A stretch of DNA of 64,000 bases from Phoronis australis (lineage: Eukaryota > Animalia > Phoronida): contig NMRA01000168.1 in assembly GCA_002633005.1 (NCBI GenBank), positions 685,129 to 749,128 of the forward strand, given 5' to 3'. A program made the position numbers and the translations under genes. Below, one piece after another: positions 1-14,300 of this stretch. Numbering within the stretch: position 1 is the first letter of the stretch; each line of letters starts with the position of its first letter. The notes under the pieces are model-generated. The model was given only the letters and a program-made list of their open reading frames with translations, was not told the DNA's origin and searched no databases.

Positions 1-1276
1 AGTGTACCAACAACATGTTGAACAGATGCAATTGGCTATCAATAGACATATCAAGAAATGGCTCGGTTCACCAACTGATCTGTGTGCTCTTTGGATTGCA
101 TGACAGACCTACAAAGATAATCTTGCCATTTGTGTCTAAGAACACGATCACGTTTCAAAGTGACGTCAACTGCTGAACTTTAAGATTTCCTCTGACTGTA
201 CGTTCTGTGCGAAGTATATCTTTCTGTATTAGGGCTGACTGTGGAAAGCTCAAAAAGCAACTGAATGAGCTATTACTTCTGATAAAACGATAGGAATTGT
301 GGGATTACACCAGTCATATTACCAAGGTATCGCCTACAGTCGAATGGAATATCCTTTTTGATCAAAAGGTAATTTACTCTGCTCTCAGGACAGGAGTATG
401 CTATACAACAATCTCTGCAGGGTCAATGGATAACATGGGTATCTCCGATGGATCTTAAGTTGAATCGGTCAGATTTATTGTCAATGTCTGGTCAATGTCT
501 CAGTTATGCCATTCGTTCAACTGATGACCAACAACATGTGCCAACTCAAACCAACTGGTAAAATGGGGGGTCTTGTTGACCCTGGACTCTGCGTGCTGTG
601 TGGAGATCAAGCTGCGACATAGCCTCATGTGCTGTGGAGTTGCTCTCTGTCACTGTCAAGCGGCAGATGTACGTGGCGTCACAAGAGAGTCTGTCTATTG
701 CTTGGAAATTGCAATCAGTAAAACATCCAAGTAGGATTATATCTCATGTAATTTGTCGTACACAGTGAGGACTCCAAGTTAGCACGCTTACATAGTAAGT
801 ACAGTATTGTGTTTGGAGGAGCGAGGAACTGGAAGCCAGCTGCAAATTCAAAGAATGGAGGCTCCTACCCTAGTCATCACTGAAACTGTTCAACACCCAT
901 TATCTGCTCAGATTCGACCAAGACAATGGTTATAGTCAAACTGTCCGATGTGAACCTAGTATTGAGGATTGTCATTACTTAAAGGTTGCCAAGTATGAGG
1001 AACGAAAAAAAATTTGCGAAGCATAAGGCTACACCGTCAATTCATTCGCCGTCAAACTTGAAACTAGAGGTTTCCCTGGCTGATCTTTATGGACTGTCAT
1101 CAAAAAGACATGATTTTCACCCCGAGACAAGAATCGATTTTTCAGACAGATATGTATATGTTCTGTGGCTGAGGTAACGTCAAAGCGGATTTAGTGGTGG
1201 AGAAATGAGAAGTCCTGGCTAGTGGCCAATGGTTTCTCAAGTCCCATGCTTGCCAGAGCCAGACATCCATAAAAAA
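1..1276 (+). mobile_element. Degenerate 3' part of an RLE-type (HERO/NeSL-like) non-LTR retrotransposon
   Basis: Broken frames read EQMQLAINRHIKKWLGSP (~21-75), QGQW (~418), SYAIRST..PT..NW..G..C VLCG..HVLWSC..SLSSGRCTWRHKRV (CCHC knuckle, ~500-690), STKTMVIVKL..PCEPSIEDCHYLKVAKYEE (~915-1000), ETRGFPG and VLWLR. This is the thumb/zinc-knuckle/RLE order of HERO-like elements. Many stops and frameshifts; boundaries approximate. Confidence 0.65.
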
Positions 1277-2201
1277 CTACATGTATTTGGCCTCCGTCGT
1301 TACTGGTGGCTGTCGGCGGCCCCCACATATCGTGTAAATAGTTCAAAATCCAAAAACTCTGGCTTTATAATCTGTTTGAATGTTTGCCACAGTTCACCTA
1401 ATTTGTTTGAGGCTTGTCCTTTGACGATTTTTCCAAAAATCACGACAATAGTTTTATTTTAATCCCCGTCTTTGGACACTTTAGCAAGTTCGAGTCGAAC
1501 AAGCATTGGTTAGGCGGAGCAAACATTTTCAGTCCTTGTGTTCCTAAAGTCAAAATTCCTCTCCATCGCCTCCAATGCAACTTGCACCACATCGCCATAG
1601 GCATGCTGATTCATTGACCTTTGGTGCTCACCGCCAGGTGAGAGCCATAAAATCGGGTACCGGGTCCTTCCAATATGTGCGAGAACATTTCATTTTTAGA
1701 CCTGCCCAGTTTACAAAGTTACCAGAATAAGATATTCCTGACACGTTGGTTTACTGTCACGTGACAAGAAAACAGTGCGCATTTTGAACTAACTGCAGGC
1801 TGTGAACCTGGAAGACATTTTTAAAAAACATTTTCGGAATTTGTTTGTGTTAACCTAAATTCTAGTTTATTCCAGAGGAATATTTAGAAGTTACAAAATC
1901 TGTGGGATGTTGTGCTCCTCATCGCCTTAAGTTTAAGTTGGTTTCCGCAAGACTTCTCCTAGACGCCTACAGTTTAATGGAGAATAGTAAAATCTCTCCG
2001 ATTTTATTTTATCCTTCGCCATCGTTTTGTGGTGGGCCAGAGGGCACTCGCTCTACTGCCCCCACTCCCTAGGCCCGCAAAGCACATATTTGAAAGTTGC
2101 ATATTTTAGATCTATAGGAATGGATGGTGACCTTCGTCAAACGTAAGGAAATGTTAGCATCTATTAGCAATTCAGCATTGAAATATACCGGATATTTACA
2201 G

Positions 2202-2345
2202 CTATCGGAGCAGGAGACCCGCATCTTGTGACACTGGATGGCACCAGGTACAGTTTCAACGGCTTGGGAGAGTATACCATGATTGAAGGTTTCAATCAGT
2301 CATTCCTAATGCAAGTTCGCACCGAACAAGCAAAGGACAGTAACG
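2202..2345 (+). CDS. Gene 1 exon: VWD domain start with GDPH motif
   Basis: tttacag|..|gtaac; [48 protein letters not shown]. Not in the ORF track. Confidence 0.93.
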
Positions 2346-5300
2346 GTAACGATGAAAATTTTTGAGCGCACAGTATATAATTTCGCTGATATTTTCACAA
2401 CGATTTACAATCTTCAATTGAAGATCGTCTGCTTTGGATATTGGACTAAGAGGCCCTTGGTGGTTATTATTGTCAATAATATTATTATTTTTGTTATTAT
2501 TTTTAAATGTGTTAATGTAAAAGCAGTACCACCATTAACATTTTTAGCAATAACATTAGTAAAGTAAATAAGATAATAGTTTTTGTTATAGATCAGCGCG
2601 TTCATACAAAATACGTACACAATGATGAGTTATTCTGTTGATCATGAATTAAAGAGTTCATGAAGCCAATTGGAGTCCATGATTATAGTAAACTGGAATT
2701 TTGCATGTAAGCTCTCGCGTCTAATTGGGTATCTTTGCAGCAAATATCAAATTCTCGTTTTTCTTCCAGTCATGAAAGCATTGTTTATGCCTATAATTTA
2801 CTTTCGCCAGGTCGACCACAACCCGCGAGTGTTTTCACAGCGATTGCAATGAAAGGCATCAACACAGATCGTGTTCAGGTTCACCTTAACGACATAACAG
2901 TGAGCGAAGTCTTAATTAATGGACAAAGACAAAGTTTTGATTTCCACCCTTACCAAGAATTTAATGGTATGGTAATTCTTCTTTCCAAATGAAATGATAT
3001 CGTGAGCTCGTGTTCGGAGTTCAGAATAAAGTATATGGTATTAAGTTTAAGTAATTATTTCAAAGAGAATGGCAATGGGTAATTTTCTTATTTATGGAAG
3101 CACTATTGATGTCGTTCCCCATGATCTGCTTCTACATAAATTACTATCTTACGGTTTTTCCGGAACTCTCTTCTCACTTTTAAAATCATATCTGGAATGT
3201 CGAACTTAAAAGTCCGAATAGAGTGTTTCTTTTCACGCTCATCAACGCCAGGTTTCGTAAATGCTAGAGTACCACAGAGTAGCGTACAAGGCCCATTACT
3301 CTTTTTATTGTACATCAACGATCTTCCAGACACAATAAACTATAAAACATTCTTATATGCTGATGGCACTACAATTTCACCTATTCTCAAAAGGGAATCC
3401 CAATGACTCCTTAAAATTGCAAACTGACCATAACAAACTCTATGACTGGTCTAATAATACTCAATTCCAAACAAATGGAATGCTGGAATTATCACTCAAT
3501 GGGGAAGTTATTCCCAATAAGTTCACACACAAACACCTTGGATTGCTACTTGACCACAAGCTTACATTTACTCCTCACTGTCGCGAACTCGTTCACAAAG
3601 TACAAAAATTAATCAATGCAGTTAGAATAATTGTCTCTCGTCATCTCACCTCCATTCATCTTGAAACTCTGTTCAAGTGTTTTGTTCTTCCACATCTAGA
3701 TTACTGTGACATAATCTACCAATCGGCAAACGCTGGCATACTTCTTCATTTACACAGACTACAATACCAAGCAGCTTTAGCCATAACAGGGGCATACAGG
3801 GGATCCAACACAATCAAGGTTCTAAACAGTCTCAACTGGAGCAACCCGTCGTAAACTCCACTTGTCCATGTATACGTTCAACATCTTAACCAACATAAAC
3901 AATTACTCAAATAAAATCCTCTTTGGCTCCTACAAAAGACCTAACACGAAACCAGGACTGCGGCAAAGTAATATGCACACTATTCCATCTTCCCTCAGCC
4001 AAGCCTTCAGGAAATCTACCATACTAACTTGTATTGACTACAGGAATTTCGTGCCATCTAAAATAAAAGAAAGCACTTCAATCGTCACTCTAAAAATAAC
4101 TTTAAAATGCATACTGCCAGTCCCATTGACATCGTTCCAACTTCCTCGCAACCATGAAATAATCCTTTACAGATCAAGATGCGGTCTATTTCTAAACAAC
4201 GAGAAATTTAGACATAATTTTAATAATATTTCGCCTCTGTGTTGCTGTGGAGACGCACAGACAAATGCTCATGTTTTCTTTGCTTGTGAGGTATGCAAGG
4301 AGCAGAGAGTACAGCTTTTCCAGACACTCGAAAAATACCCCAACATTTGTAAAAATATTCTGATATTCCGCAAGTGTACAACAGAATTATTTTTTTCTAT
4401 ATGGAAGTCAAGACTCAACCTACATGTAAATGAAAATAAGGTTCAGTTATAAATAGTATCAAAATTTCTTTTTAATATTGATTCTCTTGGTGTGAGTGGA
4501 TAGAATTGTATAAATGTGTATGAAAATGCTATATTTACTTTCGTAATCATATGTCATTGTAATCATAAAAACATTTTTTTAACTTATGTATTTGTGTAGA
4601 ATAATAAATTTCTTTATACTTTTTTAACCCAGGTATAACGCCTCTTGGCGCTTTCTGGGTTATGCACATTCATTGTATCGAAGATTTCGTAATAAACATT
4701 ATAAAAAAGCCCTATTGCGCTGTAGATTTTAAAGTGTTTTTTCATGCAAAATTAAACGTTGACTCCCAAGAATTACGTATCAAATGACCTGGATTCAACT
4801 ATGGTCTTCCTTATGTTTCGCATATCCGTTCGTATTTCCATTCTGTGGATGTGCGTTCGTGCATGTGGGTAAATACAGAAACAGGTATGGGAATGATGAA
4901 AAACGGATGTGGCTGCACACGCGACTCTTTAATCCTTTGCTTGAATTTCAGGAGTTTGGATTCGTTCAACCAATGGAACAAATGTGTTCGTGGTTTTCAA
5001 CACACTATTTCTCGGTATACGGTTGGATATCGGCAATGGCCTCATGAATGTTATGGTCACTGGCGCACGAAATATGAAAAGTAAGTGTGTTAAATGAATC
5101 CTGTTTGCGTCGTTGTTTATCAGTTATATTTTAGACTTGCTAACGTACAGTAGCGGGGGATTTCTGATAGTCTCCTCTTGGGTCAGGAAAACCTTACCAG
5201 GAAGGGCGTTTTCTGGTATGTTATAACAGAAGTACTACTGTACATGTATTCAAGTGTGAATACAATAATCAATACCTTTGGAATCATTCCAAAACTACAT

Positions 5301-8300
5301 GTATTTTACCCAGAAATGCGTGTTGTGCTTGAGTTGTTGAACAACGCAATTCGATAAAAAATGAACAAAAGATGACTGTGTACATGTTCCATTTTTGAAT
5401 TCAAATTTTGGAACTATCCAGTCCCCTTAAATCTCGCGTTTCTTAATTCATCTGTAATCGTTTCTGCAAACTTAACAGCGGTACAGATTTAATTTTCCAC
5501 TTTATTGGAAGACAGTTAAACGACCTAACTATGTTTGTAAAGTTGCATTGAGCAGTCTAAAACACGAAAATCGTTTTGCTCTCGTATACTAACTTTAAGC
5601 CCGAGTGGAAGTATACTTGATACTCTTAAATTGAAGTCATGGTAGACAATTATTGGGGACAAATGAAATAACAAGAATAATAAATATTTTAAGTTGTATT
5701 GGGAATTTCAGGGTCACAGCTCTACAAACAAATATTTCACAGAAGGAACCAGATGGGTTCCTTAATTACATAAGATAACACACACATTTCCGATACCCAA
5801 AGTGTAACTGAGTATCGGATACTAAGTGGCACAGGTTAGCATAGTACCAAATGCGTACATAATACCAAATGGGTATTGGCCGATTGCCTACCAACTGGGT
5901 CGAGCAAAGCGGCAAATTCAATAACAAGTACCAAGTGGGTACACCAAACAGCCAACTGGGCTATATATAACAACCTGCAAAGCAGGTTCCGGACAAGCTG
6001 AGTGTATTGCATTTGTGCAAACGCGTTTTAAGTGCAGTTTGTAACTGTTTGATAAGCATGTACCTGAGTGCTTAAAAGAAAGCTTGCTATCTAAATATCG
6101 GGTTTTATAAATTTGGCAGGTGTGCTTAGAGTTAAACAGGGATATCTATGTGCTTGGAATTAAGCCAATGAGAAACCAACTTGGTAAAATTTCAGTCAGA
6201 ATTTAATGACAAGATTATAACATGAAGCTGCATTATTATCTTAATTGGCATCTAAAATCGCGATATACGACTGTTTAAATTTTCAAGAGAGGTGGTTCCA
6301 GTCATTTTTGTTTGACACCGATGCTGTTAATATTGAGACACCTAAAGTCTCTAAGGATGTGGCAAAAGCAGGCTCAATGGATCTATATGCATATCTCCCC
6401 ATATTCAGAACCATTGACGTACATCATGAGGGCTTGGGCTCTTTGGTGAAATTTCTACCGCAAATCGAGTAGTCCCATTTGCTTCAGAGGCCTGCTTAAA
6501 CAGTACACATCATGGATTTTTGCACATTTCGAATTACCAGTGGCCACAGACTAATTGTATGACGTAAAATTTAGCCAAATTCATGATTATTTTGTATCAT
6601 TAGCTCGAAATTTTGATTTCTCTTTCAATTTTGCCAATTTTCACATTTCCCGCCATCTGACATCGTGGGTTGAGCACAAGAGATCAGCGACTAGCATTGA
6701 ACAACGGCGGAGAGTAGGGAACTTGAAAGTGACAACGATTATCAGCAAGAAATGAACAAATACTATGAAGAAACGTACGAGAATGGTGGCCAGGATGACG
6801 AAATGGGTTTGCACGAAAGCGAGAACGAGTTTGATATGTTTTCAGCTGCGTACTTTTCTACTTTGAGGCCTTACGAACTGAATCCTCCCGCGAGAGAAGC
6901 GGCCTCGGGTTCGGCCAGTCAATCCAGTCATCCAACAGACGATCCTGAATAAAGAGCCGATGTTTCTGAATAGTAAATATCGTCATTTATTGAACCAGGC
7001 CTCCATCGTAACATCTCCTCGAGCTCTGATTGGAGTCGAAACACGACTCCTCAAAGTGGGCAGAACACAGAGTGGCTCCGGACAGAATCGCTTTGTCCAC
7101 ACTGAGGTCCCACACTCTCGATCGGCGCACGAAGCGATGCCACTACTGCGCAACTTTGGCGTCCTTCGGAACACCGAGACGTTCTCCGTCTGACTACTGT
7201 TGCTGCAGCCTCCGCAAACACATCTTTTCATCCCTCTACGAACCTTCTCGACGCTAAATATACTTTACTTTCACTTCACTCTATACACTTAGTTGCTGAT
7301 CCGAACAGTGTGCCGAACAACTTGGGTTCAACCCATGACGTTGTACATAATTATTATTTTTCTCAATTTTTACGTATTTCTTTATGAGTTGTGCACTAAA
7401 GGCACTGAAATCAAGTAACACATAATATTAAAATTTATTTAGAAGTACTAGAGTCATGTTGCTTACACTTTAAGCAGCAGGTAATACTACACGAAGTACA
7501 TGCACATGCTTTTGTTTTGACAAGCCGCCGGAATACAAGGGTCTGAAATTGAGTTTAAGTCATTGTTGAATAAAACGTGACTAGAAATGATGGTCGTACC
7601 ATTTCAGATAACACACGGGGACTTCTAGGAGTGTGGAACGGAGATGTAGCTGACGACTTCATGTATCCTAACGGAACCACGCTACATCACGAGGCAACGG
7701 CGAAGGAGATACACGCATTCGGAGAGAGTTGTATGTTCAATTTAAAATGTTTGAATATCATGTTTTTGCGCGTGTGCGTGTGTATGGGGGGCATTATGTC
7801 GTCAGTACCGTCCGTCCGTCTGTGTGTCTATTTTCCATCGTGCACGATCCAACCAGCTTTCATCCGGCGAAAATCAACGTCCGTCCGGTGTTCAGACATG
7901 CTCTTGCTGTACATCTAGCTGAAAGGGCACGACTGAATTTTGATGGATTAGACTACAGCTTTGCTTTGTAGGGATCCTGCTGCTTTTATCTTTATTAAAA
8001 CAACCACGCACACAACAGGTAAATCCGCCGGCATCTCCCGGCACTACCATACAAAGCCACCATTAACACTCGGCATCGGCGGCGCACCATATGGGGATAG
8101 CGGGTCAATAGCCTTCCGCTTATTTGAGTGCTGCGCCACTCATGCTCGGGACAGGCAATTCGGTTACTCCTGTCGATACCATGGTTTTCCACGGCGCTAG
8201 AGTTGCTTGAATATATATGAATTTTGACGGATTAGACTACAGCTTTGCTTATTTGAGATCGTGCTGCTATTCTTGCCGGTCCGGGTAAACAGTGCAAAAG

Positions 8301-11300
8301 CGCAGATAGGAAGCACCTCCGAGGAATAGGCCACACAAGTATTCGAGGATTTCCAGACTGTGGCCAGTGTTCGTTCTCCAGCCCAAAACCACACAACCTC
8401 GCAATTGTTATTCCTTTGCCTGCGAGTCTATTCGATGTATATCTATTTACGACCCTATAAAATATCAGGCTCTCTCTTACGAAGCATTGCATAATACCAT
8501 GGTCTTGTCTCAGAGGAGAATCAGCCGTTTACATAGGCGAATTTAGAGGGGGGGGGGNGGACCGCCCTCCCTACTTGGCTGCCGCAAAAAATGAAACAGC
8601 AAGAGCGTAGGGAAATGGCGATTTTATGAATTAACTTCGGTAAATAACATTATACGGCTGAAACAAGATTTAAATGTGTGCTGTTTTAGTGTGTTAGGCT
8701 CAGATCCAATTTCAAGTGTCAAATTCGAGACACGGCGCAATTGTAACTGAACTATGGCTATGTATAGGCTCTCCCGCGGTATCTCAGACGACCGGCAAAA
8801 GCGCTGCGCACTACGACTCCGTTTCCGTCGTCTGCTTCACTGAGCAATGAAGAAAATTACTTTATTTTTAAAGAAAATGGAATCTGAGTGACGATGAAAA
8901 AACAGAAGCGGCTTGTATGATGTGAATTTTAATCGAAACCTTAGTGAATCACTCAGAAAATAATAATTCTCTCTTTGTCAAACTTCAACTTAAGCCGATT
9001 TCCAAAGGCAATCGCGTCATTAATGCCAACACAAAAAAGGATTTGGCCTTTGGGGCAATTGGATACTATTTTAAATACAACAAATTTGTTACGAACTGAA
9101 AGCAAAAATATAAAAAGCGTAATAACTATCACAAAAAGAATTAGGTTTCGCGAGCAAACGCTGTGGACCGTAAACAAGTAGGTCTCTCAGAATCAACATG
9201 TGAGTGAAGCCGTGGTGGAGCATGGGTTAAACATGGGTTTCATCCGCCAGGTCGTGAGTTCGAGTCTGATAATTGAAGTTTTTCAAGTTCGACACGTACT
9301 CCGTTTTTTTTTTTCTTTTGTCTTTTGTTCTTTGACCTCCCCTCATTCGGTGCAATGCGCATATACAATCGTGCTTTGCGCAAATGTTTACAGACAAAAG
9401 GTAGTCAACCCTTGTGATATCCTAGATCCGTCACTCGTTTCCCCCCCTAAAATAGATGTTTTGCCGCTTCAGTTAACCTACCTTCAACAAACGCGATTGT
9501 TAAATTAACGTTCCGTGCATTCGCTTGCATAAAACCAATCTGGGTATAATGATTCACGTGTTTGGTTATGCTCCCGCGAATCAGTTCTACCTTTTTAAAT
9601 GTTGAAGTCTATAGAAAATTATATCACATGATTATTCCGAAAACTGTTCTTGTCGGTTGCATAATGCATTGTCCATTTGAGTTTTGAACATTTCGAAAGT
9701 GTTGAATTCCATCCTATTCAGCTGTTTATGTGGTCTGTTCTTAATTTCCTAGGGCGCGTTAAAGCCAATGACTCCTTATTTACATACTATCCTGGCAAGG
9801 ACTACGACTTCTACAACTCTCAAAGCCGAAGGGAATTCGAGCCAATATTCGTGGGCGAGCTCATATCCTCGCAAATCGTCACAGCAGAACAACGCGACAT
9901 CTGTGGCAATAGTTCAGAGTGTTTATACGACTTGCTGACTACAAATAATACCCTGATAGCAAAGAGTACAAAGCAAGCCGAAGATAGATTCGATGATGTT
10001 GTGGACACTTTAGAGCGAGGTGAGAGTAAACGACAACATTTGCGCAGTCTACCTACAACGCATAGTGTTGAATTTGAGGTTATTTTTATAGTCCATGCCT
10101 GACGTACCCTTTTGACGAATTAGGTTTCTTAGCACTCGCCTTACTGGATGAATTCCAAGTTCGGCGACGAGTGTCACAGAATTTGGCAAATGCATCAATT
10201 AGAACGCGGGCACAGCTTGGGTTCCGAACACAGTTCAGTTCTATCGTGCCCCCTTTTGACAATTCTACCTTTCGCTTCTGCACAACCTTAGGTGGGTCCA
10301 TTCGCAGCATTCTCCGAAATATAGTCCGGTGGGCTTACATGCACCTTTGATCTTCCTTGAGTTACTGTGACAAAGTGGATAGATACATGTAATAACTTTT
10401 CTGCAAGGATTAATGTGTATAAAATCAATGTAAAATAAGTCAAGCCCAGCCTTCTTCATACAAAACAAAGTCGACCATGTGTATCAATTTGTATTAAGAA
10501 TTCCAGATTTATCTTTTCGGTTTCAGAAATCGTACGATGCCCGTCTTCACTCTTTATTACCATTTCAAATGGCGAGGCGAAAGTTGATGGTCACAAGCCA
10601 GGCGACAATGTTACATTTACCTGTCATCCTGGTTATGAACTTGTGGGACATAACCGTTCTACGTGTAATGGTACGGGGTCGTGGAGTCATAGTTCAACAC
10701 CATTCTGCAAGGGTAAGTATATAATATCAGTAATGCTGACCTTCGGGGAATAGATCACACTATCGAATGACATTATGTAAGCGCGGCAATAAATTCCTGT
10801 TCCGTAAAAGTTTTAGACAACTTACCGTTACGGAACTGGTGTCAAATTGTTCCTTCGTCAAAAGGTTAGAAACTTACTTGGAGTCTGTTTTGCTCAAGAT
10901 TCCCGAGTCTCTACAAGAAGAGATAAAGACCTGTCAGTTCCTTCCAATAATGATAATCGTTCATCACCTCAGTAAGGTACATGTACATGTACAGGTAGGA
11001 TGGTCGAAATCTAAATTAGGGCATTTGACAAATGCGGGTTCGCACCAGGTTTGATAATACTAAAGATACTAACTATCAATGTTTACCCTAATTAGACAAC
11101 TTCCACTTTCGGGAAAGGTAGGAATAGTCAATGTGTCGAAATTCATCAGTTCTTGTACTAAAGAGTTCCCAACACATATTTCCGTAGTTTTTGAGGTTTC
11201 AAGGAGCTAACATGAATTAAATAATATAACATTTAACTAACTTGGTACTTTTCATGCAAAAGTCGAGATTTCTTGTAATTTTTTATGAAAAAAATAATAC

Positions 11301-14300
11301 TCCCAAATTTCCCTCCAAATGATTTAATGAAAGGATGACGTTTGGTCACTTGACAATCAATTGCAAGAGTAATTCAGAAGACGAGGACGACTTTGAGCGA
11401 GAACAGAACAACTATTGTGCAAAACAGACAGTTAAAAATCACTGACAAATATAGAAACAGCATACATGTGTCTGTAGGTCGAACCGTAACTCAATACATT
11501 TATCTCTAAACTGAAGTCAGGGTGCTATAATACTTCATCTCCCCTCAAGATAATTTAAGATCATATGCAAAGAGTTTAAGTACTGCATGTCTTTAAACTA
11601 AGTTAATGTCGTTATCAGTGAGTACTTAAAATGAATCCAATGTCTTTCCTTGAAACTAGAATCAACGATTTTCACTTCACAAATGATTAAAGATTCAGCC
11701 GGTCCACTGGTTTGATAACACGTAGATAACGTCGTCGTTATTGAGTAGGAGGAGAGTTAGCCTGTGGTTGAGCTCGTACAAGGGTTGTGGGTGGTGGTGG
11801 TGTTGTCTCGGTGGTTGTTGTCAATTCCCGGGAAGCGTTACTCATTATTTCAGTGTCTTACGGCAAACTGTAGAACTGGATTCGGTGACGACGAGGTAAG
11901 ACCTCGAGTTTGCACAACTTTCTTTTACTTCTCCGAATTCCTCTCCGTCGTGTGCCAGAATCCAATAATGGGACACTGTTTGGTGTCTGCGATCAAAATT
12001 CGCTTTGTTCCATTGATTAAGTTGAGTTTCTTCCGCTCTTATGGATTGATCATCAAAAGAACTTTAGGGGAGGGTTTTAGGCATTATCGGCAAAGTGGTT
12101 CGGACACGCCTGGACATGAGCAGTGGACTCGTCGATTTTCCGTTGTGATTACGTGTTGATCAGTGTGCAAGGAACCCTAGATGGGGTTCTGAATTCTTCC
12201 GCGTGATGTTCTTTGCAGTTTAGACAGCACGCTTATCTTTTCCGTTGGACTGCGGGTAAACAGGCGAAGGCGCTACGTGAATGAAACCATAATCTTTAGC
12301 GAATCTCTTAAAAGTTTAAGGCATACTTGGGACCATTTTCAGAAATACTATGTCGGGAATCCTATGAGTGCTAAATATCGACTTCAAGGCATATTGTGCT
12401 GTCGTCTGAGTAAGTCATCCGGCTTCGATCCAGCATGAGTAGTAGTGTACTACAAGGATGTAGGATTAATTGTGGAGTTCGAACAAGTCAGTTCCAACGC
12501 TCTCCCATGGTTGGGTTGGAAAGGATGAAGGCAACAGAGGTTCCTTCACCTCTGGACTGGAAAGAGCACAGGGTAAGCGCTGTTTGTACATTGTCTCAAT
12601 CTGTTTTGTGATGAGTGGCTACCAGACAGATTGTTGGGATCTTTCTCGGAAATCTGTTATATTTAAATTACGATACGTTCATCGTGCATAAGCAAACTCC
12701 CTGTAAGGGTCAAGTGATGACGATTCTCAAAGTATAGTTTAAGTATAGGTTGATCGGGAAGGATGGAAGGCCAACGACGTCTATAGAAGTTGATCAATTC
12801 ACTGCAACCGGGATCTCGGGCCTGAGCCTCCTTGATCTGAAGTAGTAAATTCTCCATTGACGGGACATCAGACATTGCCAAATGTGCCTGGTCATCAACT
12901 TCGTTGACGAAGAAACCATCTTCCCGGGATGGGATCTCCACAGATGCCCGACACAAGGTATCTGCGACAAGGTAGAACTTTGGGTTTTACTTCATCAAAC
13001 GGAGTCAGAAACCTAATACTCGCGATGTTCTTTTCGACAAGCCTATGGATGACAACAAAGGTGCTGGGGGTTGTGTGATCGGTCTCCAGGGTGACGTTTC
13101 TCGGTGTCGTTGAGTGATCAGGATGCAAAGAAGATTGGTCTTCTGTTACCTTCAGAATCAAATTAAAGCAATACAGCATCGATGACTTGCATCACCTGCT
13201 ACTATCGTTTCTTGGTTAGGTTTATAGTGCGCCAATGTCACTGTTGAGACGACTGCACCATTGACATCTCGGAACGACGTCTTCTTAGGTTTATCGCAAA
13301 CGAAAGTTTGTTTCTTCTTCAAGAGGTGTCTCAGAGGTTTGCTGATGTTTGCCAACTTTGGCCGTAATTTTGCAAGCTGATTCACTATGCCATTTTAACT
13401 CAGTGACGTTTGTGGGCACTGGGAAATCTGAAAATGCTTGTATCTTCTCAGGATCAAATGATAATATGTCCTAAGAATTGGAACTTTGCTCGTGAAAAGT
13501 CACACTTGTCGTTCTGGGTCAGCCCTGCCTTCTGTAGACAAGCTAAGGCGTTGCGAACTCTGGCATCGTGGACCTCTAGGTTAAGGCCGTGAATCAAGAT
13601 GTCGTCCATATCCCATATGACTCCATCTTAGCCGTTGGGAATGTGGAACATTTTGACATCGTACGCTGGAAAAGTTCTGGAGCCGATTTTGTCCCGAAGG
13701 AAAGACGATTAAAACAGAATCGACCATATGGCTTGAAAAATGTATCCAGCAGTCGCGTCTTGGCACACAACGGAACCCAGAGTTGGCGTCAAGCTAAGAG
13801 TATCTTGCTTTCTTGAGTCTTTGCCAAGTTCTCACCAACCGTAGCGATCGGATTGACCTCACGTCTGACAGCTTGGTTGGGGGGAGTGAGAAGGACACAT
13901 GTTCTCACAGCACCGTTTGATTATGGTACTGCAAACATACCTGAGAACCATTCTGTCGGCACTTTTACTACAGAAATGACACCTTATTTTAACGTCTTGT
14001 CTAGCTGTGCTTTCAATTTGGAAAGTAAGAGATGTGCTACTCGACGTGCTCTGTATAAGCAGACTGGCTCAGCATGGTCAAGCATAGAGATGCTGTAGGG
14101 GTCTTTCAGGGGTCTCGACCCAGTAAACAGTCTTCAGAGTTCTTGTCTGAAGTATGCTAAAGACGTTGACGATTCTACTTCTTACAACACTGGATCTGGT
14201 ACCAACAAGTTCAGGGATCAGTGCCCGGTTGCATGAAACAGTCCCAAAAAGGGAATCAACTTAGTGTTCCAGATTTTATTGCGTATTTGTGGACTAGTAA

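Noticed and set aside
4784-5084. ORFs 4784-5047 and 4845-5084 as genes
   Set aside because: The real coding signal is the third frame (exon 4952-5080).
5135-5215. Possible extra phase-1 exon ([16 protein letters not shown]..)
   Set aside because: The VWD reads complete without it, it has no domain similarity, and the upstream intron would be only ~54 nt.
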